Part shown: positions 21,701 to 32,228 of the stretch, one piece after another | Position numbering within the stretch: position 1 is the first letter of the stretch | Layout of the letters: each line of letters starts with the position of its first letter | From: Bacteroidetes bacterium RIFCSPLOWO2_12_FULL_37_12 | Lineage (GTDB): Bacteria > Bacteroidota > Bacteroidia > 2-12-FULL-37-12 | Assembly: GCA_001769655.1 (NCBI GenBank) | Contig: MEPC01000042.1 | Location: forward strand, 93,125-157,124 | Direction of reading: 5' to 3' | DNA length: 64,000 bases | The notes under the pieces: model-generated | Database searches by the model: none | Told to the model about the DNA's origin: nothing | The model's input: only the letters and a program-made list of their open reading frames with translations | Position numbers and translations under genes: made by a program

Positions 21701-23878
21701 ATGGATGTCAAAAACAAGTTTTTAAAACAAAATCTTACTGAGTTATTCGGATATAAAGATTTCCGTGGAAACCAACAGGCAATCATTGAAGCCATCCTGG
21801 ATGGTAAAAATGTATTTGTCATTATGCCAACCGGAGCCGGGAAATCGCTATGCTATCAATTACCGGCTATCATGGGACCCGGAATAGCGATTGTTGTTTC
21901 CCCACTGATAGCGCTTATGAAAAATCAGGTTGACCAATTAAGGTCGTATGGTTTCACTGCACATTTTTTAAATTCCTCTCTTTCCCGTTCGGAAATTCAA
22001 CGGGTAAAAAAAGAATCTCTTCAGGATAAAGTGAAGTTGTTATATGTGGCGCCTGAATCATTGGCTAAAGGAGAAAATGTTGAATTTCTCAAACAATTAA
22101 AGTTGGCATTTGTCGCCGTAGATGAAGCGCATTGTATTTCAGAATGGGGACATGACTTCAGACCCGAATACCGCAAAATACGAAGTGTGGTTGACTCTAT
22201 CGGAAATTTACCGCTTATTGCATTAACTGCAACAGCTACCCCCAAGGTGCAACTCGATATTCAGAAAAATCTGGGAATGGCGGATGCAGTAGTTTTCAAA
22301 TCTTCGTTTAACCGACCTAATTTATTTTATGAAGTACGACCTAAAAGAGATGTTGATAAAAACATAATCAAATTCATTAAAGGTCATCCTAAAAAATCAG
22401 GAATTATTTATTGCCTTAGCAGAAAAAAAGTGGAAGAAGTGGCTGAACTTTTAAAAGTAAATGGCATTAAAGCGTTACCTTACCATGCCGGACTTGAACA
22501 ACCCGTGCGTATGAAAAATCAGGATGATTTCCTCAATGAAAATGTGGACATTATTGTAGCCACTATTGCGTTTGGTATGGGAATAGACAAACCCGATGTA
22601 CGGTTTGTAATTCATTACGATGTTCCTAAAAGCATAGAAGGATATTACCAGGAAACCGGAAGATCCGGAAGGGATGGGCTGGAAGGAAATTGCATCATGT
22701 TTTACAGTTACAACGATATTATCCGGCTTGAAAAATTCATGAAAGATAAGACGGTGATGGAGAGAGAAACCGGTAAATATCTTTTGGATCAGATGGCTTC
22801 TTACTCCGAATCATCCGTTTGCAGAAGAAAACAACTGTTGCATTACTTCGGGGAAATCTATGATCTTGACAACTGCGGACGTTGTGACAACTGCCTACAT
22901 CCCAAACCAAAATTTGAAGCAAAAGATGAGGTTTTATTGTTATTAAATACGGTACGGTTAACCGAGGAACGGTTCGGCGCCATACATCTTGTAAATGTAA
23001 TACGTGGTGTTGTAAACCCGCATGTCGTTAGCTATCTGCATGACCGGCTTGAAGTATTTGGCAAAGGGTCTAATGAAGATGTGCATTTCTGGAATTCCAT
23101 TCTTCATCATACCCTGATGAGTAACTTAATGTACAAGGATATTCAGGATTTTGGAGTATTTAAATTGACAGAGGAAGGAAGAGCGTACATTAAAAAACCA
23201 CGGTCCATTGAATTTACAAAAGATCATGATTATGATAAACTTGCCAGTGAAGAGCCCGATATTCCCATGGAAGATTTTTGCACCTACGATCAGATATTGC
23301 TCGATAAGTTAAAAGCACTGCGAAAAAAAATTGCCAAAGAGAAGAATGTGCCGCCTTTTGTAATCTTTCAGGACCCATCCCTGGAGGAAATGGCTACCAA
23401 ATTTCCTATTACCAAAGACCAATTGGGAAAAATGACCGGAGTAGGAATGGGTAAAGTGATGAAATACGGCGATCCATTTTTAAATCTTATCAACAGTTAT
23501 GTGGAAGAAAACGAAATTGAAGTTATGCCGGATATTGTGGTTAAATCAGCAATTAAAAAATCACAAATTAAGGTTCTCATTATTCAGCAGGTAGATAAGA
23601 AGGTAGGACTCAATGAGATTGCTGATTCAAAAAACCTTGAAATGACCGAACTTATGCATGAAATCGAACAAATTGTAAATTCCGGCACCAAACTGAATCT
23701 TGATTATTATATTGACAGCGCCATAGACGAAGATCGCCAGGAACTCGCGTACGAATATTTTATGAAAGCTGAAACCGATGATATTCAAACTGCTGTAAAC
23801 GAGTTAGAAAAAGATGGTTTTACGGAGGAAGAAATACGGTTGATGCGCATTAAATTCATGTGTGAGATGGCGCAGTGA
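21701..23878 (+). CDS. recQ: ATP-dependent DNA helicase RecQ
   Basis: Has MPTGAGKSLCYQLPA, VDEAHCISEWGHDFRPEY, the RQC zinc motif CRRKQLLHYFGE..CGRCDNC and an HRDC tail. Confidence 0.9.
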   Translation: MDVKNKFLKQNLTELFGYKDFRGNQQAIIEAILDGKNVFVIMPTGAGKSLCYQLPAIMGPGIAIVVSPLIALMKNQVDQLRSYGFTAHFLNSSLSRSEIQRVKKESLQDKVKLLYVAPESLAKGENVEFLKQLKLAFVAVDEAHCISEWGHDFRPEYRKIRSVVDSIGNLPLIALTATATPKVQLDIQKNLGMADAVVFKSSFNRPNLFYEVRPKRDVDKNIIKFIKGHPKKSGIIYCLSRKKVEEVAELLKVNGIKALPYHAGLEQPVRMKNQDDFLNENVDIIVATIAFGMGIDKPDVRFVIHYDVPKSIEGYYQETGRSGRDGLEGNCIMFYSYNDIIRLEKFMKDKTVMERETGKYLLDQMASYSESSVCRRKQLLHYFGEIYDLDNCGRCDNCLHPKPKFEAKDEVLLLLNTVRLTEERFGAIHLVNVIRGVVNPHVVSYLHDRLEVFGKGSNEDVHFWNSILHHTLMSNLMYKDIQDFGVFKLTEEGRAYIKKPRSIEFTKDHDYDKLASEEPDIPMEDFCTYDQILLDKLKALRKKIAKEKNVPPFVIFQDPSLEEMATKFPITKDQLGKMTGVGMGKVMKYGDPFLNLINSYVEENEIEVMPDIVVKSAIKKSQIKVLIIQQVDKKVGLNEIADSKNLEMTELMHEIEQIVNSGTKLNLDYYIDSAIDEDRQELAYEYFMKAETDDIQTAVNELEKDGFTEEEIRLMRIKFMCEMAQ

Positions 23879-23884
23879 AAATGT

Positions 23885-24292
23885 CTACCAAACCCATTTG
23901 TTCAAATATCTTTTCTCAATCCCCTTGTAAAAAAACCCAGCCATCGCACATCCAAATGCGTTTGCAATAAAATCAGAAAATTCCGCCGTTCTTCCCGAAA
24001 AAAATGTCCCTTGCATGAGTTCAAGCGCACCTCCATAAAAGACACTTATATAAAAGGAAGTAACCAGACAATAATTACGAAGATGTGAAAATTTCTGTTG
24101 AAGGGAAAATCCCCGTGTCATTAAGATGACGAGAATAAAAAATAAACCCGCATGAACTAATTTGTCAAAAGATAATAATTCCAACCACCAAACAGAAGGG
24201 ATGTATTTTCCTGGGAACAGGCAGAGGACGAAAATCAGAAAAGCCCAGAGGAGAGAATATTTTGTATAACGGAGGAACATTTGGATACCCAA
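23885..24292 (-). CDS. VanZ-family membrane protein
   Basis: 135 aa with 4 TM helices and the KLVHAGLFFIL motif. Confidence 0.5.
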   Translation of the reverse strand: MGIQMFLRYTKYSLLWAFLIFVLCLFPGKYIPSVWWLELLSFDKLVHAGLFFILVILMTRGFSLQQKFSHLRNYCLVTSFYISVFYGGALELMQGTFFSGRTAEFSDFIANAFGCAMAGFFYKGIEKRYLNKWVW

Positions 24293-24293
24293 A

Positions 24294-27200
24294 TCACGAA
24301 CATCCCATACTTGCCCCGCAGTTCAAACATTTATAGCAAACACCGGAGCGTACGGTAATATGTCCGCACTCATGGCAAGCCGGAGCATCGCCGCTCATGT
24401 TGCTTAAATATTCCTGAGTAGAAACAGCTACCGTCTGAGTTGCCGGTTGAAGAGTAGTTTGCGCTTTTAGCTTTTTAGATGGATTGGCATTACCATTTGT
24501 ACCATTTTCGGGTGTATTTTCAAAATTCTCTTCTAAGAAATTTTCAATCTCATCGTTTGTAGCTGTAGGGCTATCGGCAATCTGCTGTGCCATTTCCTGT
24601 GGTGGCACTTGTACCAGATCCGTGCGGTTCAAGTACTCAAAGGCGAGTAACCGGAATACATAATCAACTACGGATGTAGCTGATTTAATATTGGGATGCT
24701 CCACCATTCCGCATGGTTCAAAACGGGTGAAAGTGAATCGTGACACAAATTCTTCCAGAGGAACTCCGTATTGTAATCCTAATGACACAGCAATCGCAAA
24801 ACAATTCAGTATCGAACGGAAGGAAGCCCCTTCTTTGTGCATATCAATAAAAATTTCACCTAAGGTTCCGTCTTTATATTCACCGGTACGCACAAAAAGT
24901 GTCTGCCCTGCAATTTTCGCTTTTTGTGTAAACCCTCTTCGTTTAGAAGGCAATACCTGACGGATACTTGATAATTGATGATGAAAATCTGTATTGGATG
25001 TTTCTTTAATAAATTTCTTAGCCGCTTCCAATACTAATTCAGGAGTTAAATCGTTTACGCTGACTTCATATTTTTCCGCTTTACCGTTTTCACTTTCCTT
25101 TTTATCCGATTTGTTGGATAAGGGTTGAGAAAGTTTGCAACCATCACGATACAATGCGTTGGCTTTTAATCCTAATTTCCATGAAAGTTCATAACAACTT
25201 CTTATATCATCAACGGTGGCTTCGTTGGGAAGATTTATAGTTTTAGAAATAGCACCCGAAATAAACGGTTGCACTGCCGCCATCATGCGTATGTGAGCAT
25301 GGGGTTCTATAAATCGCTTTCCAATCTTACCGCATTTATTAGCACAATCAAAAATAGGATAATGTTCTTCTTTCAAGTGAGGCGCTCCTTCTACAGTCAT
25401 GGTTCCGCAAACGTAATTATTTGCCTGCTCAATCTGATAGTCACTGAAACCAAGTTGTTTTAACAAATCAAAATCAGGATTCTGATATTGTTCGGGTTTG
25501 AAACCAAGACGCTTCAGACAATCTTCTCCTAAAGTCCAAACGTTAAAAGCAAATTGAATTTCGAAAGCGGAAGGTAAATTTTTCTCCGCTTTTTCAATGT
25601 CTTCACGGGCGAATCCTTTGGCTTTAAGCGATTCATGATTGATATGTGTGCTACCGGCAAGAGTCCCTTTTCCTACCACATATTTAATGATGTCATCAAT
25701 TTCGTATGATTTATAGCCGATAGTTTTTAATGCCTTTGGAATGGATTGATTTATTATTTTAAAATAACCGCCTCCGGCAAGTTTTTTAAATTTCACCAGC
25801 GCAAAATCCGGTTCCACTCCGGTGGTATCACAATCCATAGCCAGTCCAATGGTGCCGGTAGGAGCAATGACGGTGGTCTGTGCATTCCTGTATCCGTACT
25901 TTTCGCCCAACTGAACGGCTTTGTCCCAGGCGTTGGTAGCGGCTTTTAACAAATAATCCGGACAGTATTTAGGGTTAATCCCAACTGCCGGAATAGACAA
26001 TCCTTCGTAAGCATCCGTGGCGTTATATGCCGCAAAGCGGTGATTTCTCATCACCCTCATCATGTGGTCTTTATTCTTTACAAAACCTTTGAAAGTTCCG
26101 ATTGAGTGCGCCAATTCCGCACTGGTTGCATACGCTGTTCCGGTCATAATTGCAGAAACGGCTCCCGCAATGGCAAATGCCTTGTCACTGTCATAAGGAA
26201 TACCTGAAACCATAAGCACGGTTCCCAGGTTGGCAAACCCTAATCCTAAGGTTCTGAATTGATAGGATAATCTGGCGATTTCTTTAGAGGGGAAGTGAGC
26301 CATCAGCACTGAAATTTCAAGAACTGTTGTCCAGATTCTGCAGGCGTATTCAAAACCATTTACATCAAAGGTTAATTTTTCCTCATCAAAGAATTTCATC
26401 AGGTTCATGGAAGCCAGATTGCATGCAGTGTTGTCAAGGAACATATATTCGCTACATGGGTTCGATGCTTTGATTTTACCATCTTCCGGGCACGTATGCC
26501 ACTCCTGAATGGTTGTATCATATTGCACACCTGGGTCGGCACATGCCCAGGCGGCATTACAGATTTGATTCCAAAGTTCTTTAGCCGGAATTTTGCTCAT
26601 CACATGCCCATCGGTACGTGAAGTTGTTTCCCAGTCACCATTTTCTTCCAACAGTTTGAAAAATGAATGAGGTACGCGAACAGAATTATTTGAATTCTGA
26701 CCGGAAACCGTGATGTATGCCTCTCCTTCGTAATCGGATGGATAACCTGCATTAATAAGTGCGCCAACTTTTTTCTCTTCATTTACTTTCCAGTTAACAA
26801 AGCTGAGAATTTCTGGATGGTCTAAATCAAGGCAAACCATTTTTGCCGCTCTGCGGGTGGTTCCACCGGATTTTATAGCGCCTGCGGCTCTGTCCCCTAT
26901 TTTCAAAAAAGACATAAGCCCCGAAGAAGTACCACCGCCGGAAAGAATTTCGCCGGACCCTCTGATACTTGAAAAATTTGTCCCGACTCCGGAACCATAT
27001 TTGAAAATTCTGGCTTCACGAACCCACAAGTCCATGATACCCCCTTCGTTGACGAGGTCGTCATTGACAGATAGGATAAAACATGCATGGGGTTGTGGTC
27101 TCTCATACGCAGAAGTTGATATTTTCAATTCTTCGGTTTTAGGATCTACATAATAGTGTCCTTGTGGGGTACCCTTTATATTATAGGTGTCATACAAACC

Positions 27201-27626
27201 GGTATTAAACCATTGTGGGGAATTTGGAGCGGCACATTGACCCAAAATCATATATACCAACTCATCGTAAAATATTTTTGCATCTTTTTCGGTTGCAAAG
27301 TAATTATAGCGTTTACCCCAACTCATCCAGCAATTAGCCAGACGATGGGCTACCTGTTTGAGGGAATTTTCGGAACCGGTTTTACCATTCGGTTGAGGTA
27401 CACCGGCTTTACGGAAATATTTTTGAGCCAGAATATCGGTAGCCACTTGTGACCATCCTTTGGGTACTTCAACATTATTCATTTCAAATACGGTATCTCC
27501 CGCAGGATTGCGGATGATGGAGGAACGATACTCATATTCAAATTGGTCGAATGGGCTTTTACCTTCCTGTGTAAAATACCTGTCGAAGCTCAGTCCCTTG
27601 CTTTCGGTTTTTGTTTTCTTAGCCAT
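24294..27626 (-). CDS. nrdJ: Adenosylcobalamin-dependent (class II) ribonucleotide reductase
   Basis: 1110 aa with the RNR barrel motifs (ACNLASMNL, NPCSEYMFLD) and a C-terminal Zn-ribbon (CHECGH..CYKCLNCG). Confidence 0.85.
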   Translation of the reverse strand: MAKKTKTESKGLSFDRYFTQEGKSPFDQFEYEYRSSIIRNPAGDTVFEMNNVEVPKGWSQVATDILAQKYFRKAGVPQPNGKTGSENSLKQVAHRLANCWMSWGKRYNYFATEKDAKIFYDELVYMILGQCAAPNSPQWFNTGLYDTYNIKGTPQGHYYVDPKTEELKISTSAYERPQPHACFILSVNDDLVNEGGIMDLWVREARIFKYGSGVGTNFSSIRGSGEILSGGGTSSGLMSFLKIGDRAAGAIKSGGTTRRAAKMVCLDLDHPEILSFVNWKVNEEKKVGALINAGYPSDYEGEAYITVSGQNSNNSVRVPHSFFKLLEENGDWETTSRTDGHVMSKIPAKELWNQICNAAWACADPGVQYDTTIQEWHTCPEDGKIKASNPCSEYMFLDNTACNLASMNLMKFFDEEKLTFDVNGFEYACRIWTTVLEISVLMAHFPSKEIARLSYQFRTLGLGFANLGTVLMVSGIPYDSDKAFAIAGAVSAIMTGTAYATSAELAHSIGTFKGFVKNKDHMMRVMRNHRFAAYNATDAYEGLSIPAVGINPKYCPDYLLKAATNAWDKAVQLGEKYGYRNAQTTVIAPTGTIGLAMDCDTTGVEPDFALVKFKKLAGGGYFKIINQSIPKALKTIGYKSYEIDDIIKYVVGKGTLAGSTHINHESLKAKGFAREDIEKAEKNLPSAFEIQFAFNVWTLGEDCLKRLGFKPEQYQNPDFDLLKQLGFSDYQIEQANNYVCGTMTVEGAPHLKEEHYPIFDCANKCGKIGKRFIEPHAHIRMMAAVQPFISGAISKTINLPNEATVDDIRSCYELSWKLGLKANALYRDGCKLSQPLSNKSDKKESENGKAEKYEVSVNDLTPELVLEAAKKFIKETSNTDFHHQLSSIRQVLPSKRRGFTQKAKIAGQTLFVRTGEYKDGTLGEIFIDMHKEGASFRSILNCFAIAVSLGLQYGVPLEEFVSRFTFTRFEPCGMVEHPNIKSATSVVDYVFRLLAFEYLNRTDLVQVPPQEMAQQIADSPTATNDEIENFLEENFENTPENGTNGNANPSKKLKAQTTLQPATQTVAVSTQEYLSNMSGDAPACHECGHITVRSGVCYKCLNCGASMGCS

Positions 27627-27906
27627 TTTAGATGTTTGTTTAGTCCGGGTTAAATTGTATTATTATAAACTAATGATATAGTTGTTTACGTTAGTTTTTT
27701 CGACATTCCAGATTTATTTTCATTTTTTAGTGAAAGAATCCCCCAAAACCCGATTAGAAGGGTCTCCAACGCACTTTTTAATGTAAGGGAATTCGTGGAT
27801 AAAATTATTTGGTGGTAAGGTAATAAGCAAGTGTATTTTTTCCACAAATTGTGGACATTGTTTAAAAAGTTATTAATGTTGTATAGTTTAAAGGAATTAT
27901 TCCAAC

Positions 27907-28848
27907 ATGAAAGATTTCATAAAACGACTTAAAGATAAATTCTTCCGGTTGATTTTACATTATCAAACAAAATTAATCATTTCACTTTTAATCATTGAAT
28001 TTTTTTCAAATGAGAAACCGGGATATTCCCAGGTAGATGATAGTACAAAAAAAATTCAACATCAAAAAATTTTTTTTCTAACCACTCTTGGAACCGGTTA
28101 TACAGGCGGATTATTTTTTCTTAACCATGTATGGTATGCGAATCAGAAATCCAGCCAATTTCATTTTTTTAACGATGGTCGTGAATGGTATTATATGGAT
28201 AAAACCGGTCATCTGTTCTTTACATACCAGATAAGCCGTGCCGGAAATCGTTGGTTTCGCCAAGCGGGCTTCAGTGAAAAAAATTGTCTATGGTGGGGAG
28301 GACTCCTGGGAGCAATTCTACTTACGCCTATTGAACTATTTGATGGTTATTCTTCAGGGTATGGGGCTTCCGGATGGGATGCGTTGTCTAATTTGGGAGG
28401 ATCTGCCTGGTTCATTTCTCAAGAGATGCTATTTTCAAAACAAATTCTTGAAATAAAATTCTCCTATAGAAATTCTCCTTATGCGTCCATTCGCCCGGAG
28501 GTATTAGGTAGAACGGTTGCACAAAGAATTATTAAGGACTACAATGGGCAAACCTATTGGTTTTGTTCAAACGCAGGAAACCTTTCTGGAAACAATAAGG
28601 AAAACTTGCTAAAGGTGTTTGGAATTGCTTTAGGATACGGTGCTGAAGGGTTGATTTATGGAAATAATGAATTGAACGTTTTGTCTTTTAAGGAAATATA
28701 TATAGCCCCGGATATTGACCTAACCAAGTTGCCGGTAAAAAACGTTCTTTTGAAAAAAATATTTTTTTATTTGAATTTTTATCATTTACCACTACCGGCG
28801 CTGGGATATAATACTAAGGATGGTTGGCTATGGAGTTGGATGTATTAG
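27907..28848 (+). CDS. Hypothetical secreted or membrane protein
   Basis: 313 aa, rich in Gly, Tyr and Trp, with an N-terminal hydrophobic segment. I cannot assign a family. Confidence 0.35.
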   Translation: MKDFIKRLKDKFFRLILHYQTKLIISLLIIEFFSNEKPGYSQVDDSTKKIQHQKIFFLTTLGTGYTGGLFFLNHVWYANQKSSQFHFFNDGREWYYMDKTGHLFFTYQISRAGNRWFRQAGFSEKNCLWWGGLLGAILLTPIELFDGYSSGYGASGWDALSNLGGSAWFISQEMLFSKQILEIKFSYRNSPYASIRPEVLGRTVAQRIIKDYNGQTYWFCSNAGNLSGNNKENLLKVFGIALGYGAEGLIYGNNELNVLSFKEIYIAPDIDLTKLPVKNVLLKKIFFYLNFYHLPLPALGYNTKDGWLWSWMY

Positions 28849-28946
28849 ATTAGGGACAATAGATAGTTTTTAGAGATGCCCTTAAATTATTTAGTTCACC
28901 CTAAAAATTATTTTCATATATCCAAAAAATTGTATATCTTTGTCCC

Positions 28947-30176
28947 ATGGTTTATTTCCGGACAATAAACGCATGGGTGGGGCTTGCTTTACTATTAGCC
29001 CTTTCCTCATGCGAAAAATTCCTCCCTCCAGACCCTGGAGGAGAAAATGTACTTGAAGGTCCTCTGGATGGACTTACTCCATCACAAAACAACCAATTCC
29101 TTAAAGGTGATGCCTTATTTTCAAAAATCTATACTCCACAAGAAGGACTCGGTCCTATCTTCATTCAGAATTCATGCGTGGGTTGCCATACAGTCGGTGG
29201 AAAAGGGATTCCTGCAAATTTAGTTACGCGGTTTGCTTTTAAAAATGGGAATAATTACGATTATCTGTTGGAAGAAGGAGGTCCCCAGCACCAAACCAAT
29301 GCCATTTCAAATTATTCAACGGAACTTATCCCTGAGAAAGCAAATGTTTTTACGAAACGATTGCCTCCTGCCGTAACCGGTTTTGGCTACATTGCCGCCA
29401 TTCATGATTCACTAATTCTATCATGGGAGGACTCCAGTGACACTAACAGCGATGGTATTTCAGGCAGAGCATCCTACGTAATACCCCGAAATAATTTTAC
29501 TCCGCAGTTGATACATATAGAACGTGACGGAAAATATCTTGCCCGGTTTGGTAAAAAAGCAAGTAAGATACGATTGATTGACCAGGTTGCTTTTGCGCTT
29601 AAGGAAGATATTGGGATAACCAATGATTTTGAACCGTATGATCTTTACAATTATAAAACCGGAGTCCAAAGCGTGGATGCTATCGCAGATCCCGAAGTAA
29701 CCTCTGCTGTTTTACAAAATCTTGTTTTTTATCTGCGAACATTAAAAAGCCCGCCTCGCAGAAATGAAAATGACCCGGATGTTTTAGCAGGAGAGCAACT
29801 ATTTTCCGCTATAGGATGTATTTCGTGTCACCGTCCTTCATTTAAAACAGCCAAAAGTGATATAGAACAACTTAGCGAAAAAGAATTTGCTCCTTATTCC
29901 GATTTTCTATTACACGACATGGGTGCTGGCTTGGATGATGGATTCACAGAAGGTGCGGCAACAAGTTTTGAATGGAGAACGGCTCCTCTGTGGGGCATTG
30001 GATTAGCGTCTTCCTCACAAGGTGGAAAAAAATATTTTCTTCATGATGGCAGGGCTTCTTCTATTGAAGAGGCAGTCAGCTATCATGGAGGGGAAGCCGC
30101 AAGCCGTAAAAATGCATTTTTAAAGTTATCGCCGGAAGATAAAGAGAAAGTGGTGAAGTTTGTTGAATCGCTATAA
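28947..30176 (+). CDS. Di-heme cytochrome c peroxidase-like (DUF1111-type) lipoprotein
   Basis: Two CxxCH heme motifs (CVGCH, CISCH) and a lipoprotein signal LALSSC. A TATCTTTG box sits 4 nt upstream of the ATG. Confidence 0.55.
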   Translation: MVYFRTINAWVGLALLLALSSCEKFLPPDPGGENVLEGPLDGLTPSQNNQFLKGDALFSKIYTPQEGLGPIFIQNSCVGCHTVGGKGIPANLVTRFAFKNGNNYDYLLEEGGPQHQTNAISNYSTELIPEKANVFTKRLPPAVTGFGYIAAIHDSLILSWEDSSDTNSDGISGRASYVIPRNNFTPQLIHIERDGKYLARFGKKASKIRLIDQVAFALKEDIGITNDFEPYDLYNYKTGVQSVDAIADPEVTSAVLQNLVFYLRTLKSPPRRNENDPDVLAGEQLFSAIGCISCHRPSFKTAKSDIEQLSEKEFAPYSDFLLHDMGAGLDDGFTEGAATSFEWRTAPLWGIGLASSSQGGKKYFLHDGRASSIEEAVSYHGGEAASRKNAFLKLSPEDKEKVVKFVESL

Positions 30177-30184
30177 AAAATAGT

Positions 30185-30613
30185 ATGTTTTCCTTAGACC
30201 GTAATAAATTCCTGAAATTCAGTGGCACGTTGATGTCACTGCCTCTGTTGGGGCCTCTTGCAACATTTTTATCCGGTTGCGCGGGTATCAACTACATTCA
30301 GGGTGTTGATTTTAAAAATAAAACCGGAATCACACTAAATGAATTTAAAATTCAGAGTTTTGTGGTGCTGGAAAACGCACATTTCAGAAAACCCGTTTTG
30401 ATTTATAAAAAAAGTGACGCAGAATTTACAAGTGTTTCTTTACGATGCACTCATAAGGGATGCGAGTTAGATCCTTCAGGGAATAAATTGGTTTGTCCCT
30501 GTCATGGTAGTGAATTTTCTTTTGAAGGAAAGGTTTTGAATCCACCTGCAAAAGATGATTTACAAAAATTTCAAACCAGTTTCGATTCGGAATATGTGTA
30601 TGTGCATTATTAA
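30185..30613 (+). CDS. Rieske [2Fe-2S] domain lipoprotein
   Basis: Rieske boxes CTHKGC and CPCHGS, with the lipobox LSGCAG. Confidence 0.7.
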   Translation: MFSLDRNKFLKFSGTLMSLPLLGPLATFLSGCAGINYIQGVDFKNKTGITLNEFKIQSFVVLENAHFRKPVLIYKKSDAEFTSVSLRCTHKGCELDPSGNKLVCPCHGSEFSFEGKVLNPPAKDDLQKFQTSFDSEYVYVHY

Positions 30614-30692
30614 TACAATGGTAATACAATGATAAACAACCGTATTACAACTGCATTACAACCGTATTACAACTGTTTTACAACGTAATAAT
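30611..30692. repeat. Second 11-bp-phased GTAATAC/GTATTAC heptamer array (8 units), running from the Rieske stop codon to 7 nt before the next ATG
   Basis: TAATAC aatg GTAATAC aatg ATAAACA acc GTATTAC aact GCATTAC aacc GTATTAC aact GTTTTAC aac GTAATAA. Same family as 7981-8092. Confidence 0.7.
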
Positions 30693-30698
30693 TTCACC

Positions 30699-31868
30699 AT
30701 GCTATATCTTCTTTTATTAATTATTTATTCCTCCTCTGTATTCGCGCAGGGTGACACTTCAATCGCCCGGGAAGCTATTTACAATCGCCCTTTTATTGGC
30801 GGAAATACCGGAAACATGGCGTCCGGCGGATATGCAGAAGGCAATACAAATTATTTCGCAACCGATGGTGTCAGCGAAGGTTTTTCCATGGAACTCAGGA
30901 GATTCAATCTTTTTCTTTATTCACCGGTGACCTCTCATATCAAATTTCTTTCTGAACTGGAATTTGAGCATGGAACTGAGGAAATAAATATCGAAACGGC
31001 AATGATTGATTTCAGGATATTTCCTGATTTCTCTTTTCGCGGAGGAATATTATTGACTCCCGTAGGTGATTTTAATATTAATCATGACAGTCCTAAGTGG
31101 GATATGATAAACAGACCCTTGGCGGCGACCGATATAGTTCCCTCTACTTTATCGGAAGTAGGGTTTGGCATTTTTGGAAATTTATTTCCGTGGAATGCAC
31201 GAATAACTTATTATTTATACCTATTGAATGGATTGGGCGAAAACGTCATTCACAATGAAGAAGGGAAGACGTTATTAAGAGCAGGAAAATCCGGAGAAAT
31301 GTTAGGAGAAGATAACAACGGCGTTCCTATGGGAAATGCGAGAATCAGCATAAATTTTCCATTATTGGGGGAATTGGGTATTTCCTGGTATGGTGGCGCT
31401 TACAATACGTTTAAAAAAGATGGATTGGATATAGATAAAAAAAGAAATTTGCATTTGGGATCTCTTTATTATCAGCGGGAATTTTTTCAACGGGTGACAC
31501 TCAATGGGGAAGTGTCACGGGTTTGGATTGATGTGCCTGCGGAAGCCGGAGAAAATTACGGTAACCGTCAATGGGGATATTTTTTAGACATGATATTTGC
31601 AGTGAAAAAAGGTAAAATGGGACGGCTTGAAAATGCCCGTCTAAATATTTTCATGCGTTCGGAATTTGTGGATTTTAACGAAGGTAAATTTATTTTATCC
31701 CGTGAACACAAATTCGATGAATTATATGCACTCAGCGGAGGCATTTCATTTTTTCCAATACCAGGGACCGTATTGCGTATGAACTACCGGTGGCACTGGG
31801 AATACGATTTACCGGGGAATCTCAGCCGTACCGGAGGGTTTCAGGTGGGATTGGCGAGTTATTTCTGA
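30699..31868 (+). CDS. Hypothetical outer-membrane beta-barrel protein
   Basis: Signal peptide present, an alternating hydrophobic pattern throughout, and a C-terminus ending ...GLASYF. Confidence 0.4.
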   Translation: MLYLLLLIIYSSSVFAQGDTSIAREAIYNRPFIGGNTGNMASGGYAEGNTNYFATDGVSEGFSMELRRFNLFLYSPVTSHIKFLSELEFEHGTEEINIETAMIDFRIFPDFSFRGGILLTPVGDFNINHDSPKWDMINRPLAATDIVPSTLSEVGFGIFGNLFPWNARITYYLYLLNGLGENVIHNEEGKTLLRAGKSGEMLGEDNNGVPMGNARISINFPLLGELGISWYGGAYNTFKKDGLDIDKKRNLHLGSLYYQREFFQRVTLNGEVSRVWIDVPAEAGENYGNRQWGYFLDMIFAVKKGKMGRLENARLNIFMRSEFVDFNEGKFILSREHKFDELYALSGGISFFPIPGTVLRMNYRWHWEYDLPGNLSRTGGFQVGLASYF

Positions 31869-32228
31869 GTTAGCCCATTTCCTATGCACATCAAAAATAA
31901 ATTAACCCTATATTTGAAAAATTTATATAACTTTCAGGTTTTAGCTTATTAGCTCTGAAAGGCATACACGTCAACTGTTACTGCTCAGCTGTATGTTTAA
32001 TTCAGAAAAATAAAAGAAATTAAAAAATGTTCAGTGCCAAACGAACAACTAACAATATTCACGTAATCATCCCTTTAAGGTCAAACTTTCTTTTTTCGTT
32101 TGTCATTTTTTCTTTTTATTACTTGTTCATTGTAAATTGAACATTTGAAATTGTTCATTTTTTCTCTAATTTTCTGCTGTGTAGTTAAGAACTTTTTTCT
32201 CACTAATCAATAATCTCCGAATTCCCCC

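Noticed and set aside
27627-27906. Possible cobalamin riboswitch upstream of nrdJ
   Set aside because: I looked for the B12-box (GCCACTG or its complement) and the conserved stem pattern in the 280-nt leader and found none. It looks like an AT-rich intergenic region only.
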